DNA of 61,839 nucleotides, the filler included. It is 5 parts of 5 records of this genome, joined end to end, with 100 filler letters (N's around TTAATTAATTAA, not from the genome) between each part and the next. Parts side by side here need not be neighbours in the genome. Positions count along the whole stretch, not along the records: positions 1 to 16,814 come from SRR20825010_900; positions 16,915 to 37,586 come from SRR20825010_916; 3 more parts are not named here. One strand, given 5' to 3'. The position numbers and the translations under genes were made by a program. Of this stretch, positions 10,279 to 19,495 are shown piece by piece (the first letter of the stretch is position 1; each line of letters begins with the position of its first letter). The notes under the pieces were generated by a model, which made no database searches, was not told the origin of the DNA, and saw nothing but the letters and a program-made list of their open reading frames with translations.

Positions 10279-11490
10279 ATGACCAACGATACCGCGACCA
10301 TCCGCGCCTCCGCCCAGTTCAAAAAAGCCACCGACGATCTGCGCGCCGGGCACGACAAATTCGTCGGCGAGATCATCACCCTGACGGAGATCCCGTCCCC
10401 GCCCTTCAAGGAAGAGAAGCGGGCGGCGGCTTACGAGGAGATGTTCCGGGCGCTCGGTCTGGAGGATGTGCAGCGGGACGGCATCGGCAATGTCACCGGC
10501 CTCCGGCGCGGGCGCGGCAACGGCCCCATCGTCGTGGCGGCGGCGCATCTGGATACGGTGTTTCCGGAAGGCACGGACGTGAAAGTCCGTCGCGAGGGCA
10601 CCAAGCTGTTCGCCCCCGGCGTCGGTGACGACACGCGGGGGCTGGCGACGTTGCTGGCCTTCATCCGGGCGCTCGATGCGGGCGGGATCGAGACCGAGCA
10701 GGACATTTTGTTCGTCGGCGATGTCGGCGAAGAGGGCAAGGGCGACCTGCGCGGCGTGCGCTATCTCTTCACCGAGAATGCCTATCGCGAACGCATCGCC
10801 TCCTTCTTCACCTTCGACGGTATCGAGACGCAGGATCTGGTCACGGCCGGGGTCGGCTCCTACCGCTACAAGGTCACCTTCAAGGGGCCGGGCGGGCACA
10901 GCCTCGGCGCGTTCGGCACGGTGAACCCGGCCTATGCCCTCGGCAGCTTTCTGGTCGGCATGTCGAAGATAGAGGTGCCGGTCGATCCCCGATCATCCTA
11001 TTGCGCCAGCACGTTTCAGGGCGGCACGTCGGTGAACGCCATTCCCGAAGAGGTCTGGACCGAGATCGACCTGCGGTCTGAATCCGCCGAGGTGCTGAAC
11101 CGGGTGGATGGCGAGGTTAAAGCGCTGATCGAGGCGGCGGTCGCGGGCGAGAATGCACGCGGCGATACCACGAACGGCGAGATCAGCGTCGAGCTCACCC
11201 AGATCGGTAACCGCCCGGCGGGTACCACGGCGCACAACACCACCATCGTCGAAGCCAGCGTCGCCGCCATCAAGGCCTACGGCTTCGAGCCAGCCTTCTC
11301 CGCCTCCTCGACCGACGCCAACATTCCGATGGCGCACGGCGTCCCGGCCGTAAAATTCAGCCATGGCGGCGCGGGTGGCCGCGCACATACGGTCGATGAA
11401 TGGATCGATGTTGAGCCGGAACTCAGCTTGCGTGGCTTGAATGCAGGCCTGCTGGCGCTGGTGGCGACGGCGGGGTTTGTGGAAGGCTGA
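10279..11490 (+). CDS. M20/M25/M40 family peptidase
   Basis: AHLDTVF, GVGDD, VGEEG, GGHS, SSTDAN and AHTVDE motifs. Confidence 0.88.
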   Translation: MTNDTATIRASAQFKKATDDLRAGHDKFVGEIITLTEIPSPPFKEEKRAAAYEEMFRALGLEDVQRDGIGNVTGLRRGRGNGPIVVAAAHLDTVFPEGTDVKVRREGTKLFAPGVGDDTRGLATLLAFIRALDAGGIETEQDILFVGDVGEEGKGDLRGVRYLFTENAYRERIASFFTFDGIETQDLVTAGVGSYRYKVTFKGPGGHSLGAFGTVNPAYALGSFLVGMSKIEVPVDPRSSYCASTFQGGTSVNAIPEEVWTEIDLRSESAEVLNRVDGEVKALIEAAVAGENARGDTTNGEISVELTQIGNRPAGTTAHNTTIVEASVAAIKAYGFEPAFSASSTDANIPMAHGVPAVKFSHGGAGGRAHTVDEWIDVEPELSLRGLNAGLLALVATAGFVEG

Positions 11491-11545
11491 GACTTTCGGT
11501 TGCCGATTAAATACAGCAGGATAAGGAGGCAGATTAGGGAATTCA

Positions 11546-12628
11546 ATGGGGGTGCCTGTGTCTCGATTGGTAAAATACTTTTCTGAGCACAATCAGGATT
11601 TTCTGAACCAGAGAGTTCAGGGGCTTATTGAAATATTTGAGCGGTATGTCGATTCGCAAGAGTGGTATCCGAAGGATTCTCATTGGGGGAACTTAACAAG
11701 AGTCGTTGAGCTTGGATCACTGGCTTCTAATTTGTCTGGGGATTCCGAGGCAGTATTAAAGCTAAAGAATGAAATTGAAAAATTTGTTCGAGGAGAGCGT
11801 CCAGATTTACCTACGTTGTCCGAATTACATTGTGCGGCTTTGCTCAATTCTGTGGGATGGAATCCAAAATTTGTCCCAGAAACGTCATTTAAAACCCCTG
11901 ATTTGCGAGTCGATTGTGAAGGTTTAAGAGCTGATATAGAGGTTGTTCGTTGCGATCAGAAGGTTAGTCAGAATGAATTGATGAGAAAACTTGATATATT
12001 TGCTCAGGCTGTCGACTATCCAGAGGCTGGAAATTTAGCAATTTACTGTGATGTTGAGTTCTCTGAAAAAGTACAGAGTGAAATTCTAGATGCGATTAGC
12101 CAAATTCATATGGGTGAGACTATAGAAATTACGGGGTCGTGGTGTGTTGTATCGGGCTCTCCGGAAAATCGTGAAAAGTTTATTAGTGGTCAGGTAAAGC
12201 CAAATTGGTTGCAAAAAGGTAGCCGTGTTGGAGTGGCTAGAATGCTGCTTCCGGGTGCCAACAGCATTAGAGATGTGCCGCCGCCAACGCTTAAAGTCGA
12301 TGCGTTGATTTTGGATCAGGATTATATGAATCCAATACGACGAAAGGCCGATCGCCCTCAGGGGGATACTAGTCGACCATATATAATCGCGGCAGATGTC
12401 ACCAATCTACCCTTGAAGGCGGAAAAATTAGAGATGAAAATAAAGCCGTACTGGGGTATTTGGGATCATGTTTCTGCGATTTTATTGTTTCATCTTGTAA
12501 GAGATTTCAACGCAGAGTTTTCATGGTGGGCTGTATTTTTACAAAATCCATTTGCACTTCGTCAAGTCGATCCGCCAGATGGATTGGCCGACGGATCGAC
12601 TGCTTTTCAAACAATTAGGCCCATTTGA
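11546..12628 (+). CDS. Low-GC hypothetical protein, possible PD-(D/E)XK-like nuclease fold
   Basis: 360-aa ORF with RBS in a visibly AT-richer block; SE...KTPDLRV...DIEV motif. Confidence 0.55.
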   Translation: MGVPVSRLVKYFSEHNQDFLNQRVQGLIEIFERYVDSQEWYPKDSHWGNLTRVVELGSLASNLSGDSEAVLKLKNEIEKFVRGERPDLPTLSELHCAALLNSVGWNPKFVPETSFKTPDLRVDCEGLRADIEVVRCDQKVSQNELMRKLDIFAQAVDYPEAGNLAIYCDVEFSEKVQSEILDAISQIHMGETIEITGSWCVVSGSPENREKFISGQVKPNWLQKGSRVGVARMLLPGANSIRDVPPPTLKVDALILDQDYMNPIRRKADRPQGDTSRPYIIAADVTNLPLKAEKLEMKIKPYWGIWDHVSAILLFHLVRDFNAEFSWWAVFLQNPFALRQVDPPDGLADGSTAFQTIRPI

Positions 12629-12658
12629 TTTTACTATTTTCGAAGCTTCTGGCGCTTC

Positions 12659-13243
12659 CTATCTCGCCGCCAGCTTCGCTTCCAGCATCTTCTTCACCTC
12701 GGGCCATTCCTTGTCGAGGATGGAGAAATAGACCGAATCCCTCAGCGTGCCGTCGGTGTGGATCATGTGCTGGCGCAGGGTGCCTTCATAGATCGCGCCG
12801 ATCCGCTTCAGGGCGTTCTGGGACTGCTCGTTCCGGTGGTGGGTCTTGAACTCGACCCGGATGCAGCCGAGCGTTTCGAAGGCGTGGGTCAGCATCAGGT
12901 ATTTCGCTTCGGTGTTAAGCGGCGAGCGCTGATAGCGCGGGTTCAGCCAGGTGCTGCCGATTTCCACGCGTGTGTTCTTGGTGTCGATGGTCATGTAGCG
13001 GGTCGAGCCTGCGACTTCGCCGCTGGCGACGTCGACGGTGACGAAAGGCAGGTCGATGCCCTTTTCCTGGTTCTCCAGTGCCAGACGCACATAGGCCGCG
13101 ACCGCCTCCGGGTCCGTTCCCGGCCAGGTCCATTTCCAGATCGCGGGATCTTCCGCAGCCTTCTGCAGGGCAGGGATCGCGGCTTCGCTCATCGGCTCAA
13201 GGCGGACATGTTTGCCGGTCAGGGTGACGGGGGTGACTTTCAT
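12659..13243 (-). CDS. GNAT N-acetyltransferase (RimJ/RimL-like)
   Basis: VEIGSTW...NTEAKYLMLTHAFE...RVEFKT...N..SQ.A..RIGA..EG...RDSVYFSIL. Confidence 0.9.
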   Translation of the reverse strand: MKVTPVTLTGKHVRLEPMSEAAIPALQKAAEDPAIWKWTWPGTDPEAVAAYVRLALENQEKGIDLPFVTVDVASGEVAGSTRYMTIDTKNTRVEIGSTWLNPRYQRSPLNTEAKYLMLTHAFETLGCIRVEFKTHHRNEQSQNALKRIGAIYEGTLRQHMIHTDGTLRDSVYFSILDKEWPEVKKMLEAKLAAR

Positions 13244-13274
13244 TTCGGATGGTCCTTAAGGAGGCAAAGGTGGG

Positions 13275-14693
13275 TCAGACGATGGAGGCGGCCTGTTGCG
13301 GTGCGCCGGCGAGGGTTTCGGCGATGACACCGAGACCGTGGCGCACGATTTTGAGGTCCTTCGGGTTGCCGAGGGAGAGGCGGAGACGATTGCGGCCGGC
13401 GCCGGGGGCGGTGGCGAAGACCTGACCGGAGGAGGCGATGACGCCATGCTCGCCCAGCACCGCTACGGCATCGCGGTCGGTCCAGGGCTCCGGCACGGTC
13501 AGCCAGAGATGCATGCTGGTCGGGTGTCCGGCGAATGCGAAGCCTTGCAGGATTTCGGCGGCGGCGGCCTGACGGCCCCGCATTTCCTCGGCCTTTTCCC
13601 GGGCGAGAATGCCCGCGATACCCCGGTCGACCCAGAGCGAGAAGACTTCCGCCATGGCGGGGGAGGCCATCCAGGTGGAGGCCCGCATGGCCCGTTCCAG
13701 CTTCGGCACCATGGCGCGCGGCGCGCTGACCCCGCCAATGCGCAGGCCCGGCGCCAGTTGCTTGGCGGCGGAGGTGATGAAGATCGTCTGGTCCGGCAGG
13801 TAGTTGGCCAGCGGCGGTGGGGCGTCCGCGACGAGGAAGCGGTAGAGATCGTCCTCGACCAGGATCAGATTGTAGCGTTCCGCGATGGCGGCGATGTCCC
13901 GCCGCCGCTGCTCGCCCATCACGGCATTGGTCGGGTTCTGCAGGGTCGGCATGCAATAGAGCGCGCGCGGCGCGAAACTGCGGCAGGCTTCCTCCAGTGA
14001 GTCCGGGCGGACGCCTTCGGCATCCATATCGACCGGCTGGACCTTGAGGCCGAGCATTTCGGCAAGGGGGACAATGCCGGGATATGTCAGCTTTTCGACA
14101 AGAATTGTATCCCCCGCCTGCACCAGGGCCGCAAAGGCGGCGAGCATGCCGTTTTGCCCGCCCGTGGTGACAATGGCCCGGCTGGCATCGGTGTCGACGC
14201 CAAGGGCGCGCATCCAGTCCGCCGCCGCCTGCCGGTGACGCGGGGCGCCGCCATGCGGGGCATAGGCCATCAGGTTCATCAGGTCGCGGCTGTCGGCGAT
14301 TTCCTTCAGGGCGTCGGAGAAGGCGTCCCGTTCGGTGTTGCCCATCGGCGGAAAGTTCAGTCCGAAATCGATCCCACCCCGGTTCGCACCGGCCGGTATC
14401 TCGCCCATGTCCCGGCCGATCCGGCGGCGCACGAAGGTGCCGCGGCCGACTTCGCCGTCGATCAGGCCGCGCCGGGTGGCTTCGGCATAGGCGCGCGATA
14501 CCGTGCCGACGGTCACGCCGAGCTGATAGGCCAGCTCGCGGTGCGTCGGCAGTTGCGTGCCCGGTTGCAGGGCGCCGGTGGCGATGTCTTCCGCCATGGC
14601 GCGGGCGATCGAGAGATATTTCGGTCCGGGCCGGTCGCTCAGGTCGGGGACCCAGTCCATCGGGCGGCTGTGCATACTTTGTCTCTGTGACAA
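13275..14693 (-). CDS. MocR/GntR PLP-dependent transcriptional regulator (start uncertain, alternative 14660)
   Basis: wHTH LPTHRELA..LGVTVGTVSRAY plus aminotransferase domain PTLQNPT, VEDD, SAAK.LAPGLRIG. Confidence 0.92.
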   Translation of the reverse strand: MSQRQSMHSRPMDWVPDLSDRPGPKYLSIARAMAEDIATGALQPGTQLPTHRELAYQLGVTVGTVSRAYAEATRRGLIDGEVGRGTFVRRRIGRDMGEIPAGANRGGIDFGLNFPPMGNTERDAFSDALKEIADSRDLMNLMAYAPHGGAPRHRQAAADWMRALGVDTDASRAIVTTGGQNGMLAAFAALVQAGDTILVEKLTYPGIVPLAEMLGLKVQPVDMDAEGVRPDSLEEACRSFAPRALYCMPTLQNPTNAVMGEQRRRDIAAIAERYNLILVEDDLYRFLVADAPPPLANYLPDQTIFITSAAKQLAPGLRIGGVSAPRAMVPKLERAMRASTWMASPAMAEVFSLWVDRGIAGILAREKAEEMRGRQAAAAEILQGFAFAGHPTSMHLWLTVPEPWTDRDAVAVLGEHGVIASSGQVFATAPGAGRNRLRLSLGNPKDLKIVRHGLGVIAETLAGAPQQAASIV

Positions 14694-14870
14694 TGTTCCG
14701 ATTGATCGACGATTGAACCGATATTACGCAGGTATTGCATCGGTTCAATCGTAATATTGTATCGATATTGTGCGGCTAAAATGATGACAATCGGCGTGGG
14801 CCGGCATGGATTGCTGGCCGGAGCTTTGACATGATGCGGGCTGAATGACTGCAACCGGGAAGGATGGATC

Positions 14871-15860
14871 GTGACTTTTTCTTTCACACGCGCCGAACTC
14901 GAAGAGACCGCCCGGCTGGTACATCAGCTTGTGCCGCCGACGCCGCAACATCACTGGCCGCTGCTCTCGCAGCGCGTTGGGGCCGAAATCCATGTCAAGC
15001 ACGAGAACCAGACGCCGCTTGGCGCCTTCAAGATGCGTGGCGGGCTGGTCTATATGGACAATCTGAAACGCCGGGAGCCGAAATGCCCCGGTGTGATCAC
15101 GGCAACGCGCGGCAATCACGGGCAGAGCGTCGCTTTCGCGGCGGCCCGGGCTGGTCTGCGCGCGGTCGTCGTGGTGCCGCATGGCAATTCGGTTGAGAAG
15201 AACGCAGCCATGCGCGCGCTCGGTGCAGAGCTGGTCGAGCATGGCGATGATTTCCAGGCGGCGTTCGAGCATGCGGTCTCCCTTGCCGAGGGCGAGGGCC
15301 TGCATCTGTTGCCGAGTTATCATCCGGATCTGGTGCGCGGGGTGGCGACCTACGGTCTTGAGCTGTTCACGGCCTGCCCGGATCTCGACCGGGTCTATGT
15401 GCCGATCGGGCTTGGCTCCGGCATCTCCGGGGTGATCGCCGCGCGGGATGCGCTCGGCCTGAAGACAGAGGTCATCGGCGTGGTGGCGGAGAATGCCCCG
15501 GCCTATGCGCTTTCCTTCGAGCAGAAAAAGCCGGTTTCGACCAACAGCGCGGACACCATGGCGGACGGCGTTGCCTGCCGGGTGCCGGTGCCGCAGGCGG
15601 TCGAGGTGATCTTGAAGGGCGCGGAGCGGATCGTCCGGGTGTCGGAGGATGAGATCAAGGCCGCCATGCGGCACTATTTCACCGATACCCACAATGTCGC
15701 CGAGGGCGCGGCGGCCACACCTCTGGCGGCTTGCCTGAAAGAGAAAGACTCCAATGCGGGTCAAAAGGTTGCGCTCATTCTCAGCGGTGCCAATGTCGAC
15801 CTTGCGCTCTATCGCGATGTGTTGATGGGCGCGAAGACACATGAGGAGACTGCGACGTGA
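14871..15860 (+). CDS. PLP-dependent threonine/serine dehydratase family protein
   Basis: KHEN..P.GAFKMRG, TRGNHGQ, PIGLGSG, TMADG, EGAAA and LSGAN motifs; no regulatory ACT domain. Confidence 0.88.
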   Translation: MTFSFTRAELEETARLVHQLVPPTPQHHWPLLSQRVGAEIHVKHENQTPLGAFKMRGGLVYMDNLKRREPKCPGVITATRGNHGQSVAFAAARAGLRAVVVVPHGNSVEKNAAMRALGAELVEHGDDFQAAFEHAVSLAEGEGLHLLPSYHPDLVRGVATYGLELFTACPDLDRVYVPIGLGSGISGVIAARDALGLKTEVIGVVAENAPAYALSFEQKKPVSTNSADTMADGVACRVPVPQAVEVILKGAERIVRVSEDEIKAAMRHYFTDTHNVAEGAAATPLAACLKEKDSNAGQKVALILSGANVDLALYRDVLMGAKTHEETAT

Positions 15861-16558
15861 CTGAAGAGCTGTTCCGGGATGATTCCTACCTGAAATCCTG
15901 CACCGCGAAAGTGCTGGCATCCGGCCCGGACGGGGTGGTGCTGGATCGCACTGTTTTCTATCCGACCGGTGGCGGCCAGCCCGGCGACAGCGGCACCTTG
16001 ACGGGCAGCGGCGGGACAATCGTCATCACCGAGGCGGTGAAGGGCGGGGACGGCATCCTGCACAAGCTGGAAGAGGGCGCGGCGGTTCCGGCCGTCGGCG
16101 ATGCGGTCGAGGTCTCGCTCGACTGGGACCGGCGCTACAAGCACATGCGGGTTCATACGGCGCTGCATCTGCTCTGTTCCGTCGTCGATGGCGGCGTGAC
16201 CGGCGGGCAGATCGGCGCGGGCAAGGGCCGGCTCGATTTCAACATTCCGGGCGAGCGTCCGGAAAAAGAGGCTCTGACCGAGGCGCTGAACCAGGTAATC
16301 GCGGGCGATCACGCGGTCTCGCTTTCCTGGATCACCGATGCGGAGCTGGAAGCAAATCCGGATCTGGTCCGCACCATGTCCGTCAAGCCGCCGATGGGCA
16401 GCGGCAAGGTGCGGATGGTGAAGATCGGCGATGTCGACTACCAGCCCTGCGGCGGCACCCATGTCCGCTCCACGGCGGAGATCGGCACCATCCTGATCGG
16501 CAAGGTCGAGAACAAGGGCAAACAGAACCGGCGGATCAATCTGACGCTGGTTGAGTGA
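15857..16558 (+). CDS. alaX: AlaX alanyl-tRNA editing protein
   Basis: FYPTGGGQPGD, HTALH and CGGTH zinc motifs; GTGA overlap with the dehydratase. Confidence 0.92.
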   Translation: MTEELFRDDSYLKSCTAKVLASGPDGVVLDRTVFYPTGGGQPGDSGTLTGSGGTIVITEAVKGGDGILHKLEEGAAVPAVGDAVEVSLDWDRRYKHMRVHTALHLLCSVVDGGVTGGQIGAGKGRLDFNIPGERPEKEALTEALNQVIAGDHAVSLSWITDAELEANPDLVRTMSVKPPMGSGKVRMVKIGDVDYQPCGGTHVRSTAEIGTILIGKVENKGKQNRRINLTLVE

Positions 16559-16586
16559 GTAAACAGTACCAAAAGGAAACAGGGAA

Positions 16587-16814
16587 ATGCGGGTTCCAAT
16601 TTACCAGATCGACGCCTTTACCGAGAATGTGTTCGGGGGCAATCCGGCGGCTATCTGTCCGCTTTATAGCTGGCTGACCGATCCGACCATGCAGTCGATC
16701 GCGGCCGAGAACAATCTGGCGGAAACCGCATTCTTCGTTCCCGACGACACAGGCGAGGCCGATTTCCACCTGCGCTGGTTCACACCGGCGGTGGAGGTCG
16801 ATCTGTGCGGCCAT
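16587..16814 (+). CDS. PhzF family isomerase/epimerase, 3' truncated by contig end
   Basis: IDAFT...GGNPAA...NLAETAF...RWFTP..EVDLCGH. Confidence 0.9.
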
Positions 16815-16914
16815 NNNNNNNNNNNNNNNNNNNNNNNNNNNNNNNNNNNNNNNNNNNNTTAATTAATTAANNNNNNNNNNNNNNNNNNNNNNNNNNNNNN
16901 NNNNNNNNNNNNNN
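16815..16914. other. Artificial contig linker
   Basis: N44-TTAATTAATTAA-N44, giving stops in all frames. Confidence 0.97.
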
Positions 16915-17739
16915 AAGGTCAGCGGATCGGGCGGTATTGCGGAAACGAAGCCGCGATATACGAAAGCACAGCTTGAGCACGCCGCCGAGTTGCGAACCAT
17001 TGCGGTTCAGCGGAATCTCATCACCAATCGGCGCAAGGTGCTTGAAGTCGCAGTGCTGCAATGCATGACCGGGTTTCAGAACCAAGTCTCCCTTGCGCCG
17101 TCTCCCCGTCTCCAAGATCACTATGGCAGCGATATGCTGAACAGCATCGAGGAGATCGCCGCCGCGTTCCTGACGAAGTTCCGAGATGCCGGTTTGTCGG
17201 CCTTGCGCTCGGCCTATTATCCGGAAGAAGGCGAAATTACAGAGCCTATTCGGGCGCTGTTCAAACTCTCAGGCGACAAGGCCGCGATCTTCAAGGTTAT
17301 CCGGTCCCTCACGGATGAAGAGCTGGAAGGGCTTCACTCACTGCTCGTTACAGTGACGTTCCACCAGCCCGGGGACGGGATCAAGACAGAAGAAAACGAG
17401 CACAATCTTGTCGCCATCGATGTCAACGCGGACGTGCGGGATAGCTACCTTCCCGACGAAACATTCCTGAAACGGTATAAGTCCGACCGGCTGAAGGAAA
17501 TTGCCGTAGAGAGCGGGGTTGCTCTCAGCGAAAAATCCGTCGCCAAGTCCAAAAAAGGCGATCTGGTTGCACTTCTCACCGGGTGGTTCCGTGCGGTGCC
17601 GTCAGATACACCAGCCGAGCGGGCCAACATGGCAAAGAATTGGATGGACCCGATCATGGCCTTCCCCGCCATCGATCCGGACGCTGTTGAAGAATCGAGC
17701 GACGGGGAAGAAGTCCAATTTCTGGAAGCCGCTGAATAG
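16915..17739 (+). CDS. C-terminal part of a plasmid/ICE ParB-like protein, 5' partial
   Basis: Frame is open from the contig start. KPRYTKAQLEHAAELRTIAVQ, PDETFLKRYK and KKGDLV...W.DP.MAF resemble tails of large ParB-family proteins of conjugative elements; the ParB domain itself is not in view. Confidence 0.55.
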   Translation, partial: KVSGSGGIAETKPRYTKAQLEHAAELRTIAVQRNLITNRRKVLEVAVLQCMTGFQNQVSLAPSPRLQDHYGSDMLNSIEEIAAAFLTKFRDAGLSALRSAYYPEEGEITEPIRALFKLSGDKAAIFKVIRSLTDEELEGLHSLLVTVTFHQPGDGIKTEENEHNLVAIDVNADVRDSYLPDETFLKRYKSDRLKEIAVESGVALSEKSVAKSKKGDLVALLTGWFRAVPSDTPAERANMAKNWMDPIMAFPAIDPDAVEESSDGEEVQFLEAAE

Positions 17740-17790
17740 CGGCTCCCCACAAACCCGGGCGCGATGATCCGGTGCTATAACTGACAGACG

Positions 17791-17816
17791 GCGGCTCCCT
17801 TCGGGGGGCCGCTTTT
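17791..17816 (+). terminator. Rho-independent terminator
   Basis: GCGGCTCCC-TTCG-GGGGGCCGC hairpin followed by TTTTG. Confidence 0.75.
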
Positions 17817-18180
17817 GTTGTTACCGGCACTCTCCCGCAGCCCCGTCTTACGCGATTGAGGCTTTCTTTTTTTGTCTTTCATGGATGGGGAGCGGATTAC
17901 AGAAAGTGCGTAATCAGACCCGGTTTTATGCACATCTGCCTGACCTGGAATACGGGTGGTTCTCGCTTCGCTCGTCGCGACCGTCCCCCTGGTCCGGACG
18001 CGTAATCCGCAATCGCAAGCGCTCGCGGACAAACCACCCTTGAGCGAGTTAGTGTTTGCGTCTCCCCCACGCACAGACTCCTGACATGACATATGCTGAA
18101 CAGAAGGCCCGCGCGCCGCTTCAGCTCACTATGCGGTGCTGAAATCGAAGTCATCCACTCTGATTTTTGCCTATCTGAGT

Positions 18181-18360
18181 GATCTCCAATAATTATTGAA
18201 GATCGACCGGAAAATTATTGGAGATTATCGAAGATTATTGGAAATTATTGATGATTCTCGATGTTATGAGAAATTATCGGAGATTATGGGAAAATATTGA
18301 TGGTTCCCTGTCAAAATTATTGGTGATTATTGAAGTTGCCCCCAAATCTCTAATTATCTC
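18181..18360. repeat. AT-rich array of degenerate 10-bp repeats (RARATTATYG)
   Basis: aaaattattg/gagattatcg/aagattattg/gaaattattg/atgattctcg at 18211-18260, further copies to 18332, and inverted copies at both ends. Confidence 0.8.
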
Positions 18361-18596
18361 TTGTCCCGTTGGCAGGATAGGTGTGGTGGTCCCACTCGAA
18401 TAATCTCTTATACCCCCACACGCCACTTTAGGCTGTCCCCTGCCTTATTCGCATGGCAAGCCATGCTCAACGGGATTTGTATTTTTCTATGGTTTTCGAG
18501 GATAACCGGGACGCTTTAAGAGAGGCGGCCTGACAACTGCACCAAGGCGGAAGGCGACGCGAGAGACGGTGACAGTCGCAGCCGAGTAGCTCACGA

Positions 18597-19010
18597 TTAT
18601 GAAGCGAGTGCTTCCAATACCGGACATTTAGGGACATCGTCGCCACTACAAGACGCTGCGGTCGTTGCGAGCACCCGCTCGATCCTTTGGAGATCGGCGA
18701 TTTTCGCTCGCACATCGGCAAGGTGGCGCAAGGTGCGCTCCTTCACCTCCGCGCATGTCTGGGTTCCTCCATCTACCAAGCCAAGCAGTCCCCGGGTTTC
18801 CTCAATAGTAAACCCCAGTTCGCGGGCGCGCAGGATAAAGCGTAAGCGCGCGACGTGCTGCTCATCATAGACACGGTAGCCCGATGCGGTGCGCGGCGGC
18901 GCTGGCATGAGGTCGATTTTCTCGTAGTAGCGGATGGTCTCCAGGTTGCAGCCGGTCCGCCGCGCCAGCGCCCCGCGCTTCAATCCTCTCCCAGCAACGC
19001 GATCGGTCAT
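18597..19010 (-). CDS. merR: Hg(II)-responsive MerR regulator
   Basis: ETIRYYE HTH, three Cys (QTC, SCSGDDVPKCP); divergent from merT. Confidence 0.88.
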   Translation of the reverse strand: MTDRVAGRGLKRGALARRTGCNLETIRYYEKIDLMPAPPRTASGYRVYDEQHVARLRFILRARELGFTIEETRGLLGLVDGGTQTCAEVKERTLRHLADVRAKIADLQRIERVLATTAASCSGDDVPKCPVLEALAS

Positions 19011-19025
19011 TGCGTCGAAAACCTC

Positions 19026-19056
19026 TTGAGCCTGTAGTTACTACAGACCTTACCTT
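19026..19056 (+). promoter_or_regulatory. mer operator/promoter
   Basis: TTGAGC-19 bp-TACCTT with the palindrome CTGTAGT-T-ACTACAG in the spacer. Confidence 0.85.
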
Positions 19057-19087
19057 ATTATCAGAACAATAGCGAGGACGATGACGG

Positions 19088-19483
19088 ATGGCACTCATAC
19101 GAGCGGAACCAGTGGCACTTCAGTCTGATGACGTTGTGGACCGCAAGAAAAGATGGTTCGCGGCAGGAGGCATCATCGGCGCCATCTTGGCATCGACCTG
19201 CTGTATCGCGCCACTTACTCTTTTGATGCTGGGCGTGTCCGGGACGTGGATTAGTACGCTGACGGCGCTGGAGCCTTACAAGCCGTACTTTGCAGCGGTG
19301 ACGCTCATCTTCATCGGGCTTGGTTTTCGGCAGGTATATTTGAAGGCCAAACCTGCTTGCGTCGATGGATCGTGCTGCGCCAAACCGCAATCCTCCCTCA
19401 TCACCAAAACTGCTCTCTGGCTGGCGACTGCGCTGGTCCTTTTGGCTCTGACAATCAACTGGTGGGCGCCACTCTTCTACTAA
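19088..19483 (+). CDS. merT: Mercuric transport protein MerT
   Basis: LASTCCIAP, LEPYKPYF and cytoplasmic C..GSCC motifs. Confidence 0.92.
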   Translation: MALIRAEPVALQSDDVVDRKKRWFAAGGIIGAILASTCCIAPLTLLMLGVSGTWISTLTALEPYKPYFAAVTLIFIGLGFRQVYLKAKPACVDGSCCAKPQSSLITKTALWLATALVLLALTINWWAPLFY

Positions 19484-19495
19484 GGAGCAAACGAT

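Noticed and set aside
18218-18403. 61-aa ORF over the AT-rich repeats, or a CRISPR reading of the array
   Set aside because: The ORF is a by-product of the low-complexity repeat. The units are 10-bp and contiguous, with no unique spacers and no cas genes.
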